This document shows, one piece after another, positions 1 through 10,104 of a stretch of 64,000 nt of DNA; the first letter of the stretch is position 1; each line of letters starts with the position of its first letter. Below the pieces are notes generated by a model. That model saw only the letters and a program-made list of their open reading frames with translations, was not told where the DNA came from and searched no databases. The position numbers and the translations under genes are program-made. The stretch is from Azolla caroliniana. Lineage: Eukaryota; Plantae; Polypodiophyta. Location of the stretch: positions 11,656,001 to 11,720,000 of the forward strand of contig JBHGNT010000022.1 in the NCBI GenBank assembly GCA_043228905.1, given 5' to 3'.

Positions 1-964
1 CCACATCAAGCTGGAATTGGTCGTACTCCGAGTAAAGGTCTCCGATCGAGTATATGGACCTTCCGGCGAAGGCTTCAGCAAACTCGTCAATCGACGACCC
101 GACTCTCGTATTGCGGATGGTCACTTTGTTGACCGGTTGTAAGTCCAGGATGAACCGCAACGTGTCTTTCTTCTTTTGTACCGTAAACCACCGGTTAGAA
201 TAGGGGGCACTCGACGGTTCGAGGATGCCCAACTCCACTTTCGGCTTAAGAAGCTCCATCAACATCGGCATGTGAGATCTCAGTATTGGGATCGGCTTGA
301 GACTCCATGGTATGTGTGGTACTGTAAAGATCACCATTGGCTCGACGATGGTCGGGTTGACACACCCGATCTCTCCCATGCCTCTCGAGCATTCCTCGGA
401 ACTGGTCCTCTTCCGCCGGTAGTAGGAAGCCACCCCCACCGATCTTCAACTCTCGTAGCGTTTTGTCGTTGAAACGGTGTCCTGTGCCGGCCGGATTTCG
501 TAGGCTTGGGTCAGTAGCGACCCCCTTTATTCGTTCCCAGTTGCCCTCCGGTAAGGGGGCTGTGACGGGTTTCACCTTCTGGTCCACATTCTTGTATTTT
601 GTGTCTACTCGGGCGATCCGATGCGCCCTGGTTCCTCTTTCGAAGTCCGCAATGACTTCATACATGTCGATCGAGTTGACCGGTATGACTCGGTCTTCGC
701 TTAGACCTCCTCTGACTACCTTCCCGATTTCCCCCAAGGTGTCATCGAATGAGACTGCCTCCATGGCTTCCCCAATTCCTTCGTCGTGGCTTAAGGCTCC
801 GCACGCCTTCAAGCGTATCTCGGCCCGTTTTCTTTCTCTGCCATTGATGCTGGCTATGGTACACCCCTCGTTGTTGGAGAACAAAATTTTCCTACCTATT
901 TTATAGGTGTGGGGAGTTTCTCGGTTGTCCGGACTATCGTGGCCCTACGCCTTGATAGCCCTAT
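1..964 (-). pseudogene. family A pol N-terminus and start of reverse transcriptase (degenerate)
   Basis: ORF 246-884 is homologous to A3 ORF 56398-57501 (TKYKNVDQKVKPV, LKIGGGGFLL). PYSNRWFTV motif near 180-210. Frameshifted. Confidence 0.85.
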
Positions 965-974
965 CTAAAAATCC
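909..974 (-). promoter_or_regulatory. putative -1 ribosomal frameshift signal (G GAT TTT TAG followed by stem/pseudoknot)
   Basis: Heptamer at 974-968 directly before the gag-pro stop. Stem GGGCTATC/GATAGTCC begins 6 nt downstream. Same arrangement at 57385-57450. Confidence 0.7.
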
Positions 975-2475
975 AGCTTATCATCATTCCCGAGGGTGTC
1001 TTGGTTTCGTTTGTGGTTCTTCCGAACGGTCAAAAATTGGACGAAGTGACGGCCGTCCTGACTTTTTACCCTCGCATAGGCTGAACCATTGTCCATCACT
1101 TTTGTCTCCATTCTAGCCGCCGTGATGTATGGTTCTCCAAGGATGACCGGGTGGGAGGAAGTTTCTTGCACAAAAAAGTGTTGGTTTATGTTGACATCTT
1201 CGATGCTCACCCTGACGTTCGGGCAAGCCCCGTGCAACACTTCCGCGGCTCTTGTTGTCGCGCGTATCTTCCACCCGTGTTGGGTGTTGATCGGCCAATT
1301 TCCCTTTTTGTAGAAGTCCATGGACATTAAGTTAATTTCCGACCCGTGGTCGATTAATGCCACCACTGGTTCCTTGACATTCCCGATTCGAATTGGGGTC
1401 TCTGTAGTAGCTCTTGCCCAGTGCGGCTTGGCGTAGTGGCTTTCTGAGAGCTCGTCTTCCGTGGCAATCTCGTCGAGGAGTGCCGCCCTCACCTCGACTG
1501 GCTTCTCGGGCTCTGGTTCCGTCATGAGACGCTTCCTCTTCACGAGGTCCACGATGTTGTTGTGGAACTCCCTTCTTGCTATACCGAGCACTTCCCTAAG
1601 CGTGAGTTCTATGCGACTGTCGAGAACTCGCTCCTCTAGAACCTTTTGTAGGTTCGTTGTTTTCTCGATTTCCGAGCTTACATGGAAGCTCGGAATCCTA
1701 CCCTTCTCCTTCTCCTGGGACCCGGTCGGAGCGGCATCGTTCTTTTTGGGCGTGCTTTGGGTGTCATACCTCCCCAAAGGACCCGCTCCCACGGTTTTCC
1801 CCGCTCGTCTTTCGTTGATCAGGGCCTCGTAGTTCCTGCACGCGGCTTCCACAAAGCCGATGCTTTCTTCAACAGGGTCGCTCCACCCGGTAACTTAGCC
1901 CACACATTCTTCCGCTTCTCCCTTCTGCAACCTTCCTCTAGTCAAGGTCTCGAGAATAGCCGGCCAGAATCTAGGGTTTGAATCGGGTTTGCTCGCCTTT
2001 TCCCCTACTCGGATGCCGGCCGAAGCCGAATAGTGGATGGGTTCGACGTGCCGAGCCGCAACCTCTTCCATTAGCCTCTTCATGCCACCTCGTCTGAAAT
2101 TCGTGTCAAGCAGTCGTCGCGTGTCACTCGCATGTATCCGGCCGTTCGAAAGGTAGACTACATTACTCATGAGTGCTTCTCCGAAGTCAGCACATTCTCT
2201 TCGGGCATGTCCGGTGGCGTCGCACCATACGCACCTTTGATTGGCCGACAGTCGCCGCTTGCGCGGCTGACCCTCGTCGCTTCGGCGGGCTTGGGCGATC
2301 TAGAGGTCGCGTACCATCCTTGTTAGCTCTTCTAGCCCTGCACCGCCTGCATGTTCCGCAACTATGTTCGTCGTGGTTGGGCCTAGCTTGAGCCACCTCC
2401 TCGTTTCTTCCATTTGGGTCGCCGTCGGTTCAGCCTTGATTTCGACAGCCGGTCCGACCGACGAGGATCCCTTTT
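965..2475 (-). pseudogene. family A gag C-terminus, zinc knuckle and aspartic protease (broken frames)
   Basis: ALIDHGSEINL protease motif in ORF 965-1852. Homologous to the 716-aa ORF 57441-59591. Confidence 0.88.
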
Positions 2476-2480
2476 CTCTT

Positions 2481-2966
2481 TGTTAACCATTCTGTTGGTA
2501 ACACCTTCGATATGCCTACAAGCTATCGGTATCAAGGGAAGTGAACGTGAAGACTTGTGCACGAAGGCGTCGTTAGGGGAAGAAAACAGAGAGCCTACCC
2601 GGAATAGAGCCCGGGTCGTATACGTAATCGAGACCTTAGAAACGACAACACACAGATGAAAACAACAAGAGCTAATAGATATGTATTACTGGAAACAGTT
2701 ATCGATGATTACAAAAACACGGCTCCCAACCAGTGACCTTACAAAGCTCTTATATCTATGAAACGACCTCGCCTAGGCTCTCGATATCTCCCCCATGCCG
2801 AGGTACGCAGACCTTGGTTTATATATTTTTTCTTCATACAGAGCCGAGCGGTCGGCTGACTGTGAGGCTCGAAACTCGGCGTTTACCTAACTCTACCTTA
2901 CCTACTCGCCTTACCTACCGGCGTATTACATTTAACTAATTTATATTTTTTGGCCTATGGACAACA
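2481..2966 (-). repeat. B1 3' LTR
   Basis: TG...CA termini; closely similar to 32604-33088. Confidence 0.9.
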
Positions 2967-2968
2967 CA

Positions 2969-2985
2969 TGGCACGCTCGTGGGAC
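2969..2985 (-). other. tRNA-Arg 3'-end-like sequence at the position normally held by the PPT
   Basis: Element sense reads GTCCCACGAGCGTGCCA-TG|TGTTGT. No purine tract is present. Confidence 0.75.
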
Positions 2986-3059
2986 AGGACTTTGTCCGTC
3001 GGACCCACGGTTTACCATGGATTTGGCAAAACCACACGAATTACAAAAATTGCCCGTTC

Positions 3060-3671
3060 CTACGAGGGCGTATAGGTTGGTTTTATTCCTCTTCCAATAT
3101 GCCGAGGATATCCTCGGGGGCGTGGGGTTGGTGATGGAGGTTGTGTTGCCGAGTTGGGGATGGCGGTGTCGTCGTGTGTGCCCTCCTCTGTTGGGACCGA
3201 TTCAGGCGGGGTCGGGGTTATAGTCTGTGGCTTCAGTGGAATGTGGGGGTCTGTAGGTGCAGGTTCCTCCGGTCTAACTGCCGTGGTGAGTGGTTCGGTT
3301 GGGATGTGGAGGTCGGTAGGGGCCGATTGTTCCGGTCGAGCTGCCGTGGGGAGTGACTCGGTTCCTTGCTCGGTGTTTGTGGGAGCTCTATGACTCCCGG
3401 TAGCGAGTCGTTCTTCCTCGTACGCTTTGGCTTCTAAACGAAACACCATTAGATCGTCGTTGAATTCCTCCAAGAGTTGCTTGATGGCCGTAGTGTGGGA
3501 TGTTGCCAGGGTATGATATTCTTCTGTTAAGTCTTCACGGAGAGTCTGGATGCTGGTGTCATCCATCTTGTAAAACCCTCGGCCCTCCTTCCATTGGTTC
3601 TCGGCATCCGCGCGTAGTATGTGTAGGTCTGCGACTTGGACTAACCACTCTTGCCAGACATGGTCAAGCGT
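3060..3671 (-). pseudogene. C-terminal part of the B1 extra ORF (coiled coil then Pro/Thr-rich tail)
   Basis: MDDTSIQTLREDLTEEYHTLA aligns with LNEESIAAVREDLAQDYRALA of ORF 27130-28236. Confidence 0.75.
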
Positions 3672-4065
3672 TGTTGTGAAGATCCGTCATTACGCGCGGA
3701 TCGTGAGGCGGAACCGCCGGGGTTCTGGACCAGAAGGATTTAGAGTCGATACAAGCTTTGGCGAGAAAGTACTTAAGATAGATTGGGAAAGAGAGAAGTT
3801 GAGATTACACGATCAATTTGATAACGAATTTCTTCCTCTTAATTTTCATAAAAAAAACCGTGTTTTTTCTCCTCCCCCTTCCCTCTTTTATAGATGCTCT
3901 CATGCATATGATGCATGTGAGGGTACAAGACATGCATAAATTGCATGTTTGCCATTTGGCGCTTAAGTATTACATGTGGTGCATGCTAACCATGTCACTC
4001 ATTTTAGCTCTCATGTATGAGAATTTACATGTAAAAGTACAATGATAGAAATATAATATCAACTA

Positions 4066-4137
4066 AATAGCATGGCTTAATGGTAAGCCAATTGACTCTT
4101 AACTTGGAGGTGCAAGGTTCGAATCCATACTTGCCCT
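4066..4137 (+). pseudogene. tRNA-derived sequence (Lys-CTT-like) or SINE-type head with Pol III A and B boxes
   Basis: A box TGGCTTAATGGT 4073-4084, D stem GCTT/AAGC, loop CTCTTAA, B box GGTTCGAATCC 4116-4126. Acceptor stem is degenerate. A TA-rich tract follows. Confidence 0.6.
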
Positions 4138-4217
4138 CCTTGTATATGTATATATATTTATATATTTATTTATCTAGTCGCCGGATACCGTCGCCGGATA
4201 CCGGTGCCGCCGCCGGA

Positions 4218-4855
4218 TGTTGGGATTTCGGTCCCTCCGGATGGGATGTCCGGAGATGAATGTCGGAAGCAAGCCCGGTTGCAGTTACGGAGCCGGATGA
4301 TGAATACCCCGGCTACGGAGCCGGATGATGAAGACCCCGATTACGGAGCCGGATGCTGAAGACCCCGGTTACGGAGCCGGATGACGAATGTACCCGGAGA
4401 GAGATCCGGATGCGGGGACATATTTGTGAATATGTTTTGCCAAGAGCCCTTGAGGCTATATTTGTAAATAGCCCGAAAGTCATATGTGTATAAATATGAC
4501 TTAGGGCAAACAGTTTAAATGTTGTTGCTCATTTTTATGTTTTCTGCCGAGAGAGCAAAGAGAGAGCAGCCGAGAGAGAGGGAGAGAGAGGAAGAGGTCG
4601 ACATCTCTGTGTATCACCGCCGCCTGTGGCGAAGACAGTGAGCTCAAGGTTGTTGCCTTGTAGCTTCACCATTGTACACCTCTGTTTATACTGATAGTTG
4701 GAGTTTGAGGACTCCCGTGGTTTTTCCCATTTAGGGTTTTCCACGTAAAACATCCTGTGTACTCCTCTCTCTATTGTCCTCGTGCACGTTGTATTTCCCG
4801 TTTACTGTGAGTTGATCCTATTCCTCGATTTGTGACCGAGCGCTGTTTTGCAACA
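4218..4855 (+). repeat. C1 5' LTR (638 bp) with 3 full 28-bp tandem units
   Basis: Direct repeat of 8971-9636. Unit is GAGCCGGATGATGAAGACCCCGGTTACG-like. Confidence 0.95.
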
Positions 4856-4886
4856 AATTGGTATCAGAGCGACGGTAACACAGAAA

Positions 4887-7800
4887 ATGGAAGGCGGCGG
4901 TAGTGGGCCTCCGGGCATGATGGTGTTGAACTCACAGAACTACGCCGACTGGAAGATAAAGATGGAAGACCTTCTCATCGTCCGAGACCTGTATGAACCG
5001 ATCGACAATGCCGAGATACCCAAGGGGGTAATAGAGTCGGAGTGGAAGCTCCTGAACCGGAAAGCCGTAGCGACGATCCGACAATATGTCGATGTAAGCG
5101 TTCTACAACATGTGGCGAACGACACCAACGCATATGAGATGTGGAAGAAGCTGTCGGGCCTCTACGAGAGGAAGAATGCGTTGAACCGGACCTCCCTGAT
5201 GAGGAAGATAGTGAACCTCAAGTACCGGGACGGCGAGAATATGGTGGAACACGTGAGCACGTTCATGGGATTCGTGAACCAGCTTGCGGCGATCAAGTTC
5301 CCGTTGGAGGATGCAATGCAAGCCATCATTCTGATGTGTACATTGTCGGAAAGCTGGGAGAACTTGGTGGTGACTCTCAGCACCTCCTGCACCGAAGATA
5401 ACTTGTCTCTACAAACGGTAAAGACAAGCATTTTGAACGAAGAAGCGCGTCGGAGAGATAAAGAACCGGTTTCCGATCCGAAGATGCTGCTTACCGAATC
5501 GGATCGGGGAAGACAATGGAACCGGAGTCCGCAAAGACGGGAGAAGTCGGGGACCCGGTCGCAGTCAAGAGGAAGGCCCACATGCTTCCACTGTGGGAAG
5601 CCGGGGCACTTCCGGAAGAATTGTCGGCATTACCGAAAGGACAACGAAGCCGACGACACCGATTCGAAGAAGTCACCGGAGAGAAACGGTGCATACCGGG
5701 GAACCACGGACCGGAGAGGTCCGGATCGGCGAGGGCAGGACCGGAAAGGAACGACGGCACTCGCGGCAAGTGAAGAAGAGATAATGCTCATTACCAAAGA
5801 GAGGGAGCTGAACCTTGCCGGTGTAGAGATGACCTGGGTGGTCGATTCCGGAGCGTCGTTCCACCTGACCCCGGAGAAGAAATACTTCTCATCCTACACA
5901 GCCGGTGAGCACGGCTGTGTCCGGATGGGAAATGAAGGCACATGCCGGATTGCCGGCATAGGAGACGTGTGGCTGATGACATCAACCGGATGCAAGATGC
6001 TGCTAAAGGATGTTCGACACGTTCCGGAGGTCCGATTGAACCTGATCTCGGCCGGGAGGCTAGACGACGAAGGCTACACGGGTAGCATCCGGAACGGTGT
6101 CATGAAGTTCAGCAAAGGGAGCCTGATAGTGGCTCGGGCCCGGAAGGTCAATACACTGTACCTGATGAATTCCCGGCTATGTCCGGAGGAGCTGAACGTG
6201 GCAGCCGACACTGCCGGTGAGCTGTGGCACAAGAGACTGTGCCACATGAGTGAGAAGGTGATGAAGAGGCTTGCCGATGACAACCTGATACCGGTAAAGC
6301 ACGTACACCTGGGGAAGTGTACCGACTGTCTGGCCGGTAAGCAAAACCGGACCTCCTTCCACTCAAGGTCACCGACGAGACGTAGCGCACCATTGGAGTT
6401 GGTACACACTGATGTGTGTCAAGTAGAAGCGAAGTCACATGGCGGAGCTCAGTACTTCGTAACATTCATAGATGACCATAGCCGGAAGCTGTGGACGGCA
6501 CCGTTGAAGACAAAGGACCAAGTATTGTCCGTCTTCAAAGAACTCCACGCGAGAGTGGAAAGAGAATCCGGCAAGAAGCTGAAAGCGATACGAGCGGATA
6601 ACGAAGGGGAATACCGGGGGCAGTTCGCAGAGTACTGTCGCTCGAAGGGAATCCGGCTCGAGTTTACTGTGCCGAAGACGCCGGAACTGAACGGGCTGGC
6701 CGAGAGGATGAACCGGACCATAATGGAGAGGGTCCGGAGTATGCTAGCACATGCGAAATTACCCAAGGGATTTTGGGCTGAGGCAACGTCGACGGCGACG
6801 TATGTGATAAATAGATCACCCTCAGTACCTTTGGACGGAGACACGCCGCAGAAAGTGTGGACCGGTAAGGAAGTGTCCTACCGGCATCTGAAGGTGTTCG
6901 GGTGTCTCGCATACGTGTATGTGGCAAAGGACCGGAGAGGAAAGTTAGATCCAAAGACCCGGCCATGCATATTCCTCGGTTACGGCGACGATGAGTTCGG
7001 CTACCGAGTATGGGACCCGGTCGACAAGAAGATATTCAGGAGTCGAGATATCATCTTCATGGAGGACAAGACACTCGCCGACTGGGAGTCGGAGAAGAAG
7101 ATGAAGAACTCCAAGTCGACCGGTGAGGATCAACTCTACGAAGAGCAGTCCCGACCGGCAAGGGACCGGTTAGCACTCGAGGATCCGGCCGAAGACGGTG
7201 AAGAAACAGAACCGGCCGAGGAAGATGAAACTGATACCGGAACCGGCCCCGATCCCGAAATGGATTCGGATGAAGAGGAAACGGAGGAGCCGGTTACCGA
7301 AGCTCCGGAACGGAGATATCCTCTAAGAGAGAGAAGGGCCCCCCGGAGATTTCCGGAACCAGAGCACGTGCTGCTAACCGACGAGGGGGAGCCGGAGAGC
7401 TTTGAAGAAGCAAAACTTGACACCCATAGCCGCAGGTGGTTAAGTGCCATGCAGGAGGAGATGGATTCCCTGCATGAGAACCACACATATGAACTTGTGG
7501 AGTTGCCGAAAGGAAAGCGGGCACTTCGAAACAAGTGGGTGTTCAAGCTGAAACCGGGAGATGTCGGAAACCCCTCGAGATACAAAGCCAGGATCGTAGT
7601 GAAGGGGTTCCAGCAGAAGAAGGGCGTCGACTTCGACGAGATATTTGCCCCGGTAGTGAAGATGACCTCCATCCGGACGGTGCTGAGCATAGCGGCAAGC
7701 GTGGACCTCGAGGTAGAACAGATGGACGTGAAGACGGCATTCCTTCACGGTGACCTCGAAGAAGAGATCTACATGCAGCAACCGGAAGGATTCGAGAAGA

Positions 7801-8960
7801 AAGGGAAGGAGCACCTGGTATGCCGGTTGAAGAAGAGCCTTTACGGACTGAAGCAGGCTCCCCGGCAATGGTACCGGAAGTTCGACTCTTTCATGACCGA
7901 CGAAGGCTACCACAAAACGCAGTCCGATCACTGCGTGTTTGTGAAGAAGTTCGAAGGAGGAGACTTTCTAATACTCCTCCTGTACGTGGACGACATGTTG
8001 ATCGTCGGACGGGACCAGGCCAAGATACGGATGCTGAAGAAAGCGCTTCACCGAACTTTCTCAATGAAGGACCTGGGTCCGGCGAGGCAAATACTAGGGA
8101 TGCACATCATCCGGAACCGGAAGAAGAAGCAGTTGTGGCTGTCACAGGAGAAGTACGTGACAAAAGTGCTTCACCGGTTCAACATGTCGGAAGCAAGACC
8201 GGTCGGGTCAACCCTCCCGGCAAACTGCAAGTTGTCCAGCAAGCAAAGCCCCAAGACAAAGGCTGAGAAGGAGGACATGATGAAAGTACCATATGCCTCT
8301 GCCGTCGGAAGCTTGATGTACGCAATGGTGTGTACAAGACCGGACATAGGATACGCAGTCGGAGTGGTGAGCCGGTACATGAGCAATCCCGGCAAAGAGC
8401 ACTGGAACGCGGTCAAGTGGATACTCCGATACCTGAAGGGCACGACAAACGTGTGCCTCCGATTCGGCTCCGGTAAGCCCGAACTCGACGGCTTTACCGA
8501 TTCGGATATGTCGGCTGATGCAGATACCAGCCGGTCCACATCAGGGTATGTGATGACGTATGCAGGGGGAGCTGTCTCGTGGCAGTCGAGGCTGCAGAAG
8601 ACAGTTGCGTTGTCAACCACGGAGGCGGAGTACATGGCGGCTGTTGAAGCCGGCAAGGAAATGATATGGATGAAGGACTTCATTAGAGAGCTCGGTATCC
8701 GGCAGGAGGAGTACCGACTCTACTGCGACAGTCAGAGTGCCATCCACCTTGCGAAGAACGCGGCCTATCACTCCCGGACGAAGCACATCCAGCGAAGATA
8801 TCACTGGATCCGGGAAAGGATAGAATACCAGGAGTTCGTGCTGACGAAGATCCACACGGACGAGAACGGCTCAGATATGCTGACCAAAGTGCTCACACCC
8901 GACAAGCTGGAAGCATGCCGGAAGAGGATCGGATTGGAGAGACATCCCATGCCGAAGTGA
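4887..8960 (+). CDS. copia Gag-Pol polyprotein (gag, CCHC, PR, IN, RT, RNase H), 1357 aa from the ATG
   Basis: Uninterrupted ORF with CFHCGKPGHFRKNC, WVVDSGAS, LVHTDV, QMDVKTAFLHG, YVDDML and RTKHI motifs. Confidence 0.96.
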   Translation: MEGGGSGPPGMMVLNSQNYADWKIKMEDLLIVRDLYEPIDNAEIPKGVIESEWKLLNRKAVATIRQYVDVSVLQHVANDTNAYEMWKKLSGLYERKNALNRTSLMRKIVNLKYRDGENMVEHVSTFMGFVNQLAAIKFPLEDAMQAIILMCTLSESWENLVVTLSTSCTEDNLSLQTVKTSILNEEARRRDKEPVSDPKMLLTESDRGRQWNRSPQRREKSGTRSQSRGRPTCFHCGKPGHFRKNCRHYRKDNEADDTDSKKSPERNGAYRGTTDRRGPDRRGQDRKGTTALAASEEEIMLITKERELNLAGVEMTWVVDSGASFHLTPEKKYFSSYTAGEHGCVRMGNEGTCRIAGIGDVWLMTSTGCKMLLKDVRHVPEVRLNLISAGRLDDEGYTGSIRNGVMKFSKGSLIVARARKVNTLYLMNSRLCPEELNVAADTAGELWHKRLCHMSEKVMKRLADDNLIPVKHVHLGKCTDCLAGKQNRTSFHSRSPTRRSAPLELVHTDVCQVEAKSHGGAQYFVTFIDDHSRKLWTAPLKTKDQVLSVFKELHARVERESGKKLKAIRADNEGEYRGQFAEYCRSKGIRLEFTVPKTPELNGLAERMNRTIMERVRSMLAHAKLPKGFWAEATSTATYVINRSPSVPLDGDTPQKVWTGKEVSYRHLKVFGCLAYVYVAKDRRGKLDPKTRPCIFLGYGDDEFGYRVWDPVDKKIFRSRDIIFMEDKTLADWESEKKMKNSKSTGEDQLYEEQSRPARDRLALEDPAEDGEETEPAEEDETDTGTGPDPEMDSDEEETEEPVTEAPERRYPLRERRAPRRFPEPEHVLLTDEGEPESFEEAKLDTHSRRWLSAMQEEMDSLHENHTYELVELPKGKRALRNKWVFKLKPGDVGNPSRYKARIVVKGFQQKKGVDFDEIFAPVVKMTSIRTVLSIAASVDLEVEQMDVKTAFLHGDLEEEIYMQQPEGFEKKGKEHLVCRLKKSLYGLKQAPRQWYRKFDSFMTDEGYHKTQSDHCVFVKKFEGGDFLILLLYVDDMLIVGRDQAKIRMLKKALHRTFSMKDLGPARQILGMHIIRNRKKKQLWLSQEKYVTKVLHRFNMSEARPVGSTLPANCKLSSKQSPKTKAEKEDMMKVPYASAVGSLMYAMVCTRPDIGYAVGVVSRYMSNPGKEHWNAVKWILRYLKGTTNVCLRFGSGKPELDGFTDSDMSADADTSRSTSGYVMTYAGGAVSWQSRLQKTVALSTTEAEYMAAVEAGKEMIWMKDFIRELGIRQEEYRLYCDSQSAIHLAKNAAYHSRTKHIQRRYHWIRERIEYQEFVLTKIHTDENGSDMLTKVLTPDKLEACRKRIGLERHPMPK

Positions 8961-8970
8961 AGGGGGAGTT

Positions 8971-9636
8971 TGTTGGGATTTCGGTCCCTCCGGATGGGAT
9001 GTCCGGAGATGAATGTCGGAAGCAAGCCCGGTTGCAGTTACGGAGCCGGATGATGAAGACCCCGGCTACGGAGCCGGATGATGAATACCCCGGCTACGGA
9101 GCCGGATGATGAAGACCCCGGTTATGGAGCCGGATGCTGAAGACCCCGGTTACGGAGCCGGATGACGAATGTACCCGGAGAGAGATCCGGATGCGGGGAC
9201 ATATTTGTGAATATGTTTTGCCAAGAGCCCTTGAGGCTATATTTGTAAATAGCCCGAAAGTCATATGTGTATAAATATGACTTAGGGCAAACAGTTTAAA
9301 TGTTGTTGCTCATTTTTATGTTTTCTGCCGAGAGAGCAAAGAGAGAGCAGCCGAGAGAGAGGGAGAGAGAGGAAGAGGTCGACATCTCTGTGTATCACCG
9401 CCGCCTGTGGCGAAGACAGTGAGCTCAAGGTCGTTGCCTTGTAGCTTCACCATTGTACACCTCTGTTTATACTGATAGTTGGAGTTTGAGGACTCCCGTG
9501 GTTTTTCCCATTTAGGGTTTTCCACGTAAAACATCCTGTGTACTCCTCTCTCTATTGTCCTCGTGCACGTTGTATTTCCCGTTTACTGTGAGTTGATCCT
9601 ATTCCTCGATTTGTGACCGAGCGCTGTTTTGCAACA
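8971..9636 (+). repeat. C1 3' LTR (666 bp) with 4 full 28-bp tandem units
   Basis: One more unit than the 5' LTR; followed by TSD CCGGA at 9637-9641. Confidence 0.95.
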
Positions 9637-10104
9637 CCGGATGCCGTCGGTTACCGGTGCCTCGCCGGATACCGGTGCCGGATGCCGCCGTCGGATTGCC
9701 GTCGGATCACCAGCTCCATCGCCGGTCTGGTTTTGGTTGGCCAAAACCCTTTACGAGTAGCTAGCCACCTCCACTCTTAGTTCAAGTTACCTTGAACTCT
9801 CTATGCTCCACACATAGACACAAAGATAATATCTTTTGCTCCACCTTATATATGATGAGAGCCGTATTTGTCGTGCCTATGTGGGATATCTCACAATTTT
9901 CTCTTTTCTTTTCACAAACTTTATACCCTCATATCTTGACATTTAGTTGTCCATTTCTCGTGTAATAAAGTGCATTCGAAACCTCCATCATTTTGTACTT
10001 AGATATTAAAAATGTTATCTTCACAATTATTGTATTACGTGATTCATACTCGATTTCGTACGTTTTATGGGATTTTCACACTATTGCCGAAAATCTTCAC
10101 GACA

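Larger units (their letters stand above)
4218..9636 (+). mobile_element. full-length Ty1/copia element C1 (Tnt1/Tto1-like)
   Basis: LTRs 4218-4855 and 8971-9636 (TGTTG...CAACA), TSD CCGGA, PBS TGGTATCAGAGC 4859-4870 (tRNA-iMet), PPT AAGTGAAGGGGGAG 8955-8968. Confidence 0.97.
3672..10104 (-). mobile_element. family A solo LTR (about 1.0 kb once copia C1 is removed)
   Basis: Termini TGTTGTGAAGAT...ATCTTCACGACA. 4-bp TSD GCGT at 3668-3671 and 10105-10108. Host ORF rejoins as KIKETLDHVWQEW. U5 motif GAGGCGGAACCGCCGGGGTTCTGGACC is shared with other family A LTRs. Confidence 0.8.

Noticed and set aside
2969-2985. Ordinary PBS of a separate plus-strand element
   Set aside because: The adjacent LTR pairs with 32604-33088 under one TSD, all coding is on the minus strand, and B2 shows the same motif at its own 3' LTR.
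4066-4137. Functional tRNA-Lys gene
   Set aside because: Acceptor and T stems do not pair properly.
4848-4886. N-terminal extension of the C1 polyprotein in the ORF track
   Set aside because: It starts at a TTG inside the LTR; the ATG at 4887 matches the C2 start and gives the same length.
3672-10104. MITE or DNA transposon, suggested by 12-bp terminal inverted repeats
   Set aside because: TG...CA ends, the U5 motif and the RCGT TSD match family A LTRs, so a solo LTR fits better.
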